A DNA stretch of 50,819 nucleotides from Candidatus Bathyarchaeota archaeon (GCA_003133625.1 PKYH01000027.1:15266-66084); one strand, 5' to 3'. Shown: positions 18,134 to 24,962, numbered from the stretch's first letter. Notes: a model not told the origin generated them from the letters alone. Made by a program: numbers and translations.

Positions 18134-18224
18134 GCTGAAGGGTTTAGGCTTAGGAGCTCTTGGTAGATTCAACAAATCTGCGGGAGACCCCCTTTTTTAT
18201 TAACATTTACAGAGGTGAAAGCAT

Positions 18225-18470
18225 TTGAAAAAACAAAAACTGTGTAAAATCTGCAACCATGAGCTTGCACCAGCAATTCTCTATCTGCATCTCTTTGAAG
18301 GTTATTCATATAAGAGAATCATCGCAGCCTACGGAAGCTTTATCCCAAATTTGAATTTGTACAATATTTCAAACCACTTAAATTATCATATTTCCATCAG
18401 AGATATCAAAGAGGCAGAAGCTACCAAAGCACGCTGGGAGAAATACAAAGCTCAAGAAGCAGCCGCTTGA
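18225..18470 (+). CDS. small Cys/His-containing hypothetical protein (81 aa)
   Basis: TTG start. CKIC ... HLNYH could form a zinc site. Basic C-terminal helix. A 6-bp hairpin (18481-18497) lies just past the stop. Confidence 0.45.
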   Translation: MKKQKLCKICNHELAPAILYLHLFEGYSYKRIIAAYGSFIPNLNLYNISNHLNYHISIRDIKEAEATKARWEKYKAQEAAA

Positions 18471-18721
18471 AAATTTGCAAAGCTCGACCAGCGAGCTCCC
18501 TTAAGTTAGCCTTTTAAACAAACGAGTCGAGTAATAAGCCAAAGTCTTTAAAGCTTATTCAAAATGGATTTGCATTTAAATTAGCTTTCAAAAAACAACT
18601 TTATTCGCCCATTTATTATTTTAATGCAATAAAATACTGATTATAAATATAGATTTAAAAAACAGATAACATTTATAATCCAACTTTAATATTTGTCTCG
18701 ACTCACCAAGAGGATAAAAAA

Positions 18722-18889
18722 ATGCCACAAAGAATCAGAAAAGAAAGGCACCTATCAAACTGCCAAATAGCCGCAGAAATCAATCCAACAGAATGCCCAG
18801 TTATCACAACAGAAATTAGCAGTTCAAACGGGCCTTCACAAAACAGAAAAGAAGAAGCTAAAAAAATAATCTACCTAAAAAGAATATAA
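18722..18889 (+). CDS. possible small HTH-like protein (55 aa), not in the ORF track
   Basis: ATG preceded by GAGGAT. Reads MPQRIRKERHLSNCQIAAEINPTECPV... The LSNCQIAAEI segment resembles an HTH recognition region. Short, so weakly supported. Confidence 0.3.
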   Translation: MPQRIRKERHLSNCQIAAEINPTECPVITTEISSSNGPSQNRKEEAKKIIYLKRI

Positions 18890-19361
18890 AACATTAGCTC
18901 ACGATTTGCTGTTCACTTGCAGCCATGCTTTTCTTCACTACGCTTCAATCTCTCTTCAAGTCTTCTATTTCGTTCTTTCTTCTCAAGCCCAACCAATGGA
19001 GCCATCGCAAGAGCAGTAAGACCTCGCCCAATTTTCCTGAATAAGTTCATAAAGCCTTCCCCTTTCTCCTCTGAGAAATCTGACGATTTCAAGTTCTTAA
19101 AGAAAGTTTCTAAAATTGAAATATATCTTGTATTGGAACATCCCGTTAAGCCCTCAAAGTTATATCAATCGATTAGTGCGAAATAACAAATGTCTACCCA
19201 CGTGCTCCCTTTAAGCTCCTAAACAACTTTAAAAAAACTAAAATTTCACTACCAAAGAAATTCCCTACCAGCGTTTTTCTGCTGGCGAATATCGATACCC
19301 CCACATGCTACTTAGTAGCAATAAGGCATTTGGTCAGATGGGTTAGACAATTAGAGGTTTC

Positions 19362-20228
19362 TCACGCTATCTTTTTCAATGAAAAGTGTCCTTTCGTTTT
19401 TTCATCAATAATATCGCCTGAAATTTCACTGGCACTTTTTGACAACATTCCTGAAAGTGCATCAAGATTATATTCATTAGCGGCTCCCTGCTTTACAAAA
19501 GTATATGAAACACCTTGTAACATCACGAAGAAGTCTTGTATTGTGCCCATCATTGATTCTTGCACGATAGCCATACCTTTATCCGTTGAATAACAGACTA
19601 TCATAGTTCCCGATATTTCAGAACCTTTTTGGGAAAGGTCAATCTTTATTTCGTATTTATCATCCTCCAAAATCATGTCTCCTTCCCAGATACCGGCTAT
19701 ATTTTGTATATTTTTTACAACTTTAGATGGAGTTGATTCTTTCTGTTTATAGGGGTTTATCCCTGTAACTGCAATACCCTCAAAGACTGTGCCATATTCG
19801 GTTTCTTTCAATACGCTTTGAATCATTTCTGTAAGATTGCTTTTTAGATTGTCGCCCCAAGCAGGATTATTAATGTCATAGTAGAGATACCTTAGAGCTT
19901 TCAGGTCAAACGGGACATCCTTCTCATTGCGGGTAATGATAATGGCGGGTTTACCAAGTGCATGGGCAAGTCCGAGTTCATAGAACACATTTATATTTTT
20001 GCCGGACAGTTCTGCAATAACCATCCTTGAAGACCTTAAGGCTTTCCAAATGTCGGCAGTAACTTGAGGTTTAGAATAAATCTCGTCAGCTCTTACACAC
20101 TTTAGTCCAGCCAATTCAATTGCTGGACGTATTATACTACTATATTCTGAATCAAAAACAGAACTAAACGGCATAATAACAAAACAAGTATCTTTTAAAT
20201 CTCCGAGCTCAATCTCTACCTTTGCCAT
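19362..20228 (-). CDS. nucleoside 2-deoxyribosyltransferase / TIR-like Rossmannoid domain protein with an unknown C-terminal domain
   Basis: N-terminal about 140 aa: CFVIMPF ... VRADEI ... VIAELSGKNINVFYELGLAHALGKPAIIIT. This matches the (D/N)xG/NxxxE-LG-xA-xAxGKP core of deoxyribosyltransferase/deoxyribohydrolase-like folds. The C-terminal about 130 aa looks beta-rich and is unassigned. Confidence 0.6.
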   Translation of the reverse strand: MAKVEIELGDLKDTCFVIMPFSSVFDSEYSSIIRPAIELAGLKCVRADEIYSKPQVTADIWKALRSSRMVIAELSGKNINVFYELGLAHALGKPAIIITRNEKDVPFDLKALRYLYYDINNPAWGDNLKSNLTEMIQSVLKETEYGTVFEGIAVTGINPYKQKESTPSKVVKNIQNIAGIWEGDMILEDDKYEIKIDLSQKGSEISGTMIVCYSTDKGMAIVQESMMGTIQDFFVMLQGVSYTFVKQGAANEYNLDALSGMLSKSASEISGDIIDEKTKGHFSLKKIA

Positions 20229-20398
20229 CTAAATCAATTCCCTCTCGAACGCATTGCTATCAATTGTAAGCAAATAGCAGAAAAGGCTTTCGATGACACT
20301 TGCAACAGCGAGCTTAAAAAATTGGGCAAGTCATCATGTTTTTCACCTTTAGCGTTATGACGTTTTCTTCGTTGTCAACATCTTGTATTAAGTTTTTA

Positions 20399-20462
20399 AA
20401 ATTGGTGCTCTACCAAATTGGTGCTCGGAAATCCACTTCTCTCTGAAAAGTAGCACCAAATT
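20399..20462. promoter_or_regulatory. candidate operator: three copies of the 11-mer AAATTGGTGCT (two direct, one inverted) next to a TTTTTAAAA TATA-like box
   Basis: AAATTGGTGCT at 20399-20409 and 20415-20425. AGCACCAAATT at 20452-20462. Ends 11 nt before the AbrB-like ATG (20474). Confidence 0.55.
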
Positions 20463-20473
20463 AGGTTCACAAC

Positions 20474-20659
20474 ATGATAGAGAGCGAAGGCAAATTCATT
20501 AATCGACCAACACAGACGGGCGGAAAAACCTATGATAAATTCTTCATTTATGTTCCAACGGAAGTTGCAAGAGACAGCTTGTTCCCTTTTAAGACAAACG
20601 ATAGAATCAAAGTCAAGATTGATGTTGAGAATAAAAAGCTCACAATAGAGAAGATATAG
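20474..20659 (+). CDS. AbrB/SpoVT-like small DNA-binding protein
   Basis: 61 aa. FIYVPTEVARDSLFPFKTNDRIKVKIDVENKKLTIEK resembles the swapped-hairpin AbrB/MazE pattern (IPKEIR..LGL..GD.V.I....G.I.I.K). Confidence 0.5.
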   Translation: MIESEGKFINRPTQTGGKTYDKFFIYVPTEVARDSLFPFKTNDRIKVKIDVENKKLTIEKI

Positions 20660-20722
20660 AGTAAGACGTTACTTGATAGTCAAGAATATAGTTTCTTTGG
20701 GCACATTAATGCAACAAAGCGT

Positions 20723-21577
20723 TTAACAGTTGCATTTTTCTATCCATTTTTTAATTTCCGCTTTTAGAGCATCCATTGATTCTTTAGGCCAATTTGGGTC
20801 ATTTTCGCAAATCCTAAGTGCTTGTTCAAAATTTTCTCTGGCAATTTCTTTTTTTCCAAGCTCCAAGTTAATTAGACCTAACCATAAAAAATGATTATAA
20901 TGCCCAGTTGAGTCAAACTGTGCTAAGAATTCACAATAACGTTTGGTAGTATCTACGTCTTTATGTTGGTCATAATAACGTATAAGCGAGTAAAGGCATT
21001 GTCTTACATTCTCTCGAATTAGTATTAATTCATGTTCGGTTCGTGGGCAATCAGGCAACTGTTTTACGTAACCATCGCCTTTGAATGTAGGTTGCCCTCT
21101 AAATAGCTCTATTGAAGCCTTGTCATCTTTGATTTTCGTGATAAAGCTTTCGTTCTTATCTTTTCCTTTTTCTAAAATATTTGACCTGTCAAATGTTAAA
21201 TAGAGTGAATCTGTATCCGTTTTAAATATTCTTTCCAAGAGCTCATATCTATGGTCTTCGATAGACATCCAATAACAATTTCCGCTTGGTTCATCATATA
21301 CGATAAGGTAGACAGGGTTTGGTTCCCATAACCAATATACCAATGTTGATTTCTTTATGCTTGCACTCCAATTGTCATCAAAATGTTCTGTTCCTTTTGC
21401 TTGTATGTAGAACTCATTTGTTGGAGAGCTATTCTCTAATAATTGGCAATAAAAATCAAGTCCTACGTCATCTTCAATTTTAGTTACCAAGGAAAAATAA
21501 GATAAGCGACCTTTTATTTCGCTTTCACCCACTTTGCCTAATCGTTGCTCCCACGTAAATCTCACATTACGCACCAT
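20723..21577 (-). CDS. DUF4365-like (PD-(D/E)xK nuclease fold) N-terminal domain fused to a TPR-like C-terminal domain
   Basis: GKVGESEIKGRLSYF...EDDVGLDFYCQL....EFYIQAKGT matches the G.xGE...D.GxD...(V/I)Q.K(G/A)T pattern of DUF4365. The C-terminus has TPR-like helices (WLGLINLELGKKEIARENFEQALRI). Confidence 0.6.
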   Translation of the reverse strand: MVRNVRFTWEQRLGKVGESEIKGRLSYFSLVTKIEDDVGLDFYCQLLENSSPTNEFYIQAKGTEHFDDNWSASIKKSTLVYWLWEPNPVYLIVYDEPSGNCYWMSIEDHRYELLERIFKTDTDSLYLTFDRSNILEKGKDKNESFITKIKDDKASIELFRGQPTFKGDGYVKQLPDCPRTEHELILIRENVRQCLYSLIRYYDQHKDVDTTKRYCEFLAQFDSTGHYNHFLWLGLINLELGKKEIARENFEQALRICENDPNWPKESMDALKAEIKKWIEKCNC

Positions 21578-21700
21578 TAGAAGTACCCACTGCAGAGATT
21601 ATTCGATTAATAGTTAAAAATTTATGGCAAAATAACCAGATACTCTAAGTTCTTTGGTCTACCAGCGAGCGTTGTCAAGGTATGCCTAATTCGCGCTCGT

Positions 21701-21925
21701 TTATTTTTTATTATTCGTTTTGTCTTTGGGGTAGACTATCTTCATTTTGTTTGGGTTATGATTGCGACAGAAATAAAGCCAAAAATCACCATGTTCCACA
21801 ATGAGTTCTGCTCTTTGTCCACATGTGGGTATGTCGCAAAAAGCTTTCGGTAAATCCCTTATAACCTCATCATAAGAACTTGTTTTAGGTCTAACCATTA
21901 ACACACTCTCAGTATTACCATACAA
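21701..21925 (-). CDS. small Cys/His-containing hypothetical protein
   Basis: 74 aa. CDIPTCGQ ... FCRNH may form a zinc-ribbon-type site. Same strand as the DUF4365-like gene and 123 nt upstream of it. Confidence 0.4.
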   Translation of the reverse strand: MYGNTESVLMVRPKTSSYDEVIRDLPKAFCDIPTCGQRAELIVEHGDFWLYFCRNHNPNKMKIVYPKDKTNNKK

Positions 21926-22050
21926 TTATTTTTAGATAAATAATTTATGATACTAACTCACATAGATGCGTTTGCTATAAAGAAAGGTTCCGTTTTTCAA
22001 AAATAAGTTAAAACGAGTCAAAAAGGTTCATTAAAGAAAAAAAGGTGAGA

Positions 22051-22122
22051 CTATTTGCGCTTTCTAAACAGCTTAATGCCTTCCATTTCTGTGACGTACT
22101 CGAAGCCTTGCTCAATGAGCTT
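22051..22122 (-). pseudogene. relic of a second integrase gene (last 23 codons only)
   Basis: The reverse strand reads KLIEQGFEYVTEMEGIKLFRKRK*. The intact integrase ends KLIEQGFEYVTEMDSIKLFRKRK*, so 21 of 23 residues are identical, with an estimated 70 percent nt identity. An in-frame TAA lies immediately upstream. Confidence 0.75.
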
Positions 22123-22194
22123 TTAGTATTTTCGGCGCTATGCGTATTCTTTTAATTTATTTTCTTTATAGGCAGGGTCTACTTAATCATCCCA

Positions 22195-22773
22195 ATGGAA
22201 TTTATAATAAAGAATAGTCGCATCGTTGAAGATATAATAGGAAAAAACACAGAATTTCCAAAATACACAACGCAAATCATGAATTTGGCTAACCAGAACG
22301 CTCAAGGAACGAGACCTAAAGTAGTAGGTCAAATGTCTGATTTAATTGAGGAATGCCCCAAAGGAACCTATGAACAGTGGGTCAACTGGTATTCCCAAAG
22401 GATGCCTCAAGCAGTGGATGAGGCAACCGAAAAAGTATTTGAAATGATTCGGAATCTTGCATCCGCAATCACACTAATCGATAAGGAACTTGTAAGGAAA
22501 TGGGTCGAAGACTTGGTCTTAACTAAAACTTTTACAGGTTTCTGTTTTCAAGAAAGCATTCTAAAAGCGGTCGCCAAAAGAAAATGGGTTCAATACCGAA
22601 GGTCTACTCCGGAAGAAGAATCAAAATTTATTGACGGATACATCGGCGATATTCCCGTCTCAATTAAGCCCGTCACATACAAGACCAAAGGTATGTTACA
22701 CGAAAACATCAATGTCAAACTTATCTATTATGAGAAACTAAAAGATGGAATTAGGGTCGAATACGACTTCTAA
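22195..22773 (+). CDS. putative type II restriction endonuclease (possibly MjaI-like family)
   Basis: Convergent with the methyltransferase, with overlapping stop codons. Possible PD-(D/E)xK-like segment IDGYIGDIPVSIKP. The N-terminal FPKYTTQIMNLANQNAQGTRPKVVGQ recalls small archaeal REases, but that is from memory and unverified. Confidence 0.55.
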   Translation: MEFIIKNSRIVEDIIGKNTEFPKYTTQIMNLANQNAQGTRPKVVGQMSDLIEECPKGTYEQWVNWYSQRMPQAVDEATEKVFEMIRNLASAITLIDKELVRKWVEDLVLTKTFTGFCFQESILKAVAKRKWVQYRRSTPEEESKFIDGYIGDIPVSIKPVTYKTKGMLHENINVKLIYYEKLKDGIRVEYDF

Positions 22774-23882
22774 TCTGAGTCTAACCAATCCTTGAGTGAT
22801 TTCCCCTTTTGAGTTAGACTTCCTCCATCAAATTTAAAGGAAGGCTTTTCCTCATATTCAGCTTCAATTGTATCATCCTTAGACAGTACTCTTCTAAGTT
22901 CATCAAACGTAATTTCTACTTCTTGACTTGTCATCACTGGAAAACCGTAAACTTTGCTCGCATATTTCAATTCACCTTTCACTTTAGTGCGTTCTTGAAC
23001 AAATTTTAGGTGATTTATCATTCTATTTCTTAACAAATTATTGGAAAAACTAACAATATCCTTGAACCTCTCAGAAAGATGCTCACTGAAGTTAGGGTCT
23101 ATCTCAATTCCCACACTGTTTCTTCCAGTAGCAATTGAAGCTAAGGTTGTGGTTCCTGTGCCAAGAAATGGGTCGAGTACTGTGTCTTCTCTGAGAGAAA
23201 ACATGTTAATCAAACGATAGGCAAGCTCGAACGGATAAGCTCCACTGCGCTCTCTAATCTTTTTGTCAAGGTCTGTCTGTCGGGTTCCCTTAAGACCTTC
23301 CCACACATCTGAAAACCAGACATTTCGCTCTTCCCAAAAGAATGAGCTTTTTTGTCTTCTCAGTTTATCTTCTATTTTGACAAACTCTCTTTTAGTTCCT
23401 TTTCGCAAAACCAGAATATACTCATGCTCTAAAGTAATGTATGCACCTGCGGGAAGCATACCCGACCCCATGAACTTGTTGGGAGCATTCGTTTGTTTTC
23501 TCCATAAAATTTCAGGCAAAGAACTAAAGCCCAAGTTCAAACAGCTTTGCAGTATTCTTGAGTGATTGGAATAGAGTTTGAACTCTTTTCCTATTTTTCG
23601 AGTTGCGTCACCAATGTTGATGCATGCAATTCCACCTTGGCGAAGGACCCTATAGACTTCTTTCCAGATTTTATCAAGCTCTTGGTTCATTAATTCGTAC
23701 GCTTGATTTCCATCTTCATTTCTTAATGCTTCGCCTATTCTGGGATTTTGTTTGGAGAAAATGTCATCCCACATTTCAATCATTGGATAAGGTGGCGAAG
23801 TAATCATCAAATCTATAGATTGGTCTTTAATCTGCTTCATTTCGTTGGAGTTGCTGAAAAATATCTTGTGAGTAGTTTTCAT
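22770..23882 (-). CDS. DNA methyltransferase, beta-class N4/N6 (SPPY motif suggests N4-cytosine)
   Basis: Motif IV DLMITSPPYP precedes motif I VLDPFLGTGTTTLAS (beta permutation). Also has the N6_N4_Mtase-like GGIACINIGD segment. Confidence 0.9.
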   Translation of the reverse strand: MKTTHKIFFSNSNEMKQIKDQSIDLMITSPPYPMIEMWDDIFSKQNPRIGEALRNEDGNQAYELMNQELDKIWKEVYRVLRQGGIACINIGDATRKIGKEFKLYSNHSRILQSCLNLGFSSLPEILWRKQTNAPNKFMGSGMLPAGAYITLEHEYILVLRKGTKREFVKIEDKLRRQKSSFFWEERNVWFSDVWEGLKGTRQTDLDKKIRERSGAYPFELAYRLINMFSLREDTVLDPFLGTGTTTLASIATGRNSVGIEIDPNFSEHLSERFKDIVSFSNNLLRNRMINHLKFVQERTKVKGELKYASKVYGFPVMTSQEVEITFDELRRVLSKDDTIEAEYEEKPSFKFDGGSLTQKGKSLKDWLDSD

Positions 23883-24008
23883 TGCAATCTTCTTCTGCGA
23901 CTCGGTTTAAAAAGCTCTTCGCTCGTGCTTCTTAGTATTTATTTTTAGAAAACCTCCGACTGTCTCAACTTGCTTTCCTCTCGACTTTTAATCGTGAATG
24001 GAAAAAAT

Positions 24009-24962
24009 TCATTTCCGTTTCCTAAATAGCTTGATTGAATCCATCTCAGTAACATATTCGAAACCTTGCTCTATGAGTTTCTGCGCTTCCTTGATATTTT
24101 GGGCTACTTTGCAGGTGTATTCTTCTTCGCTGTCGAAGTGTATTAGCTGTGCGTAGAATAGTGTAGTTTCGTATTTTGTGTGTCCCATTTGTTGCATAGT
24201 GAAAAACATATCTTTGGTTTTGTCATAGGTGAGGGTTGCGAATTTGTGTCTAAGATTTCTTAGCGGTATTTTTTTAAGTTCTGGTTGCTGTAGTTTGTCG
24301 GCTAATTCGTTTCTGGTTCTCATCCATATTTCGCTCATGTAGTGTGTTTCTGGGAATGGTTGATTATCGGTGTATTTGTTTAGGTAGTGTCTTAACATTT
24401 CTGCGGTTTCTGGTTTTAGTTTGAATGAACGTGATTTGTGTCCTTTGCATCCTTGAGCGTTAATTATTCCTTTTTCTATGTCTATGTCTTTTTGTGTTAT
24501 GTTTCTTAGTTCTTGTTCCTCTAATCCTGTTTCGTCTAAGATTCTAAAAATAGTTGCGTATTTTTTGGATGAGGCTGATATTATTTTATTGACGTTTTCG
24601 CTTGATGGTATTAGCGGGATTTTTCTTTGATATTTAAAGTGTGTTTCTAATCGTTGGAGTCCATTTACGTCTGTGAAATAATTGTATGCTTTTACCATTT
24701 GTTGCTTGTAGCTGTTGGCTTGTGTCATTGTTGCGATAAACGCTTTGACTTGTTCGGGTTTCATTAGGTCGGTGTTTTTGTCTAAGTATTTTAGTTGGTA
24801 GTTGACTGCTCGTAGTGTTCCTTGTTCTAATCCGTTGCTTTTCATTGTGAGTAAGGTTTTTATGATTTCAGGTTCGTATTTGTAGCATAATACGGTGCTG
24901 GGGGCTCGTCGTCTAGTACGGATTATGACACCGGCCTGCGGAGCCGGAGGTCCTGGGTTCAA
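24009..24962 (-). CDS. int: tyrosine recombinase / integrase, SSV-type, Int(C) part
   Basis: C-terminal catalytic region NLRHKFATLTY ... MGHTKYETTLFYAQL (R-H ... GH ... Y). Residues 9-21 (QAGVIIRTRRRAP) are encoded antisense to the att repeat. Residues 1-8 are encoded antisense to the tRNA 3' half, so they are fortuitous. Confidence 0.85.
   Translation of the reverse strand: MNPGPPAPQAGVIIRTRRRAPSTVLCYKYEPEIIKTLLTMKSNGLEQGTLRAVNYQLKYLDKNTDLMKPEQVKAFIATMTQANSYKQQMVKAYNYFTDVNGLQRLETHFKYQRKIPLIPSSENVNKIISASSKKYATIFRILDETGLEEQELRNITQKDIDIEKGIINAQGCKGHKSRSFKLKPETAEMLRHYLNKYTDNQPFPETHYMSEIWMRTRNELADKLQQPELKKIPLRNLRHKFATLTYDKTKDMFFTMQQMGHTKYETTLFYAQLIHFDSEEEYTCKVAQNIKEAQKLIEQGFEYVTEMDSIKLFRKRK
24901..24939 (+). 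repeat. attR: repeat copy embedded in the intact tRNA-Arg gene
   Basis: Identical to 11991-12029. Confidence 0.9.

Larger units (their letters stand above)
11991..24939. mobile_element. integrated element (provirus or integrative plasmid), about 12.9 kb, inserted in tRNA-Arg(GCG), with an SSV-type partitioned integrase
   Basis: Perfect 39-bp direct repeats sit at both ends. A tyrosine recombinase gene abuts the right repeat and its N-terminal codons sit at the left repeat. The cargo is accessory only (R-M, HEPN, protease, and similar). Intergenic regions are longer and look more AT-rich than in the flanks. Confidence 0.85.

Noticed and set aside
18917-19186. The listed 89-aa ORF on the plus strand.
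   Set aside because: Its composition is Ser/Phe/Leu-rich and low in complexity. It has no ribosome-binding-like sequence, and a more gene-like small ORF lies on the opposite strand. It is treated as probably non-coding.
24940-24962. The first 8 codons (MNPGPPAP) of the integrase ORF.
   Set aside because: They are the antisense translation of the tRNA anticodon and T-arm region. This is a fortuitous extension created by integration, not the native N-terminus of the integrase.
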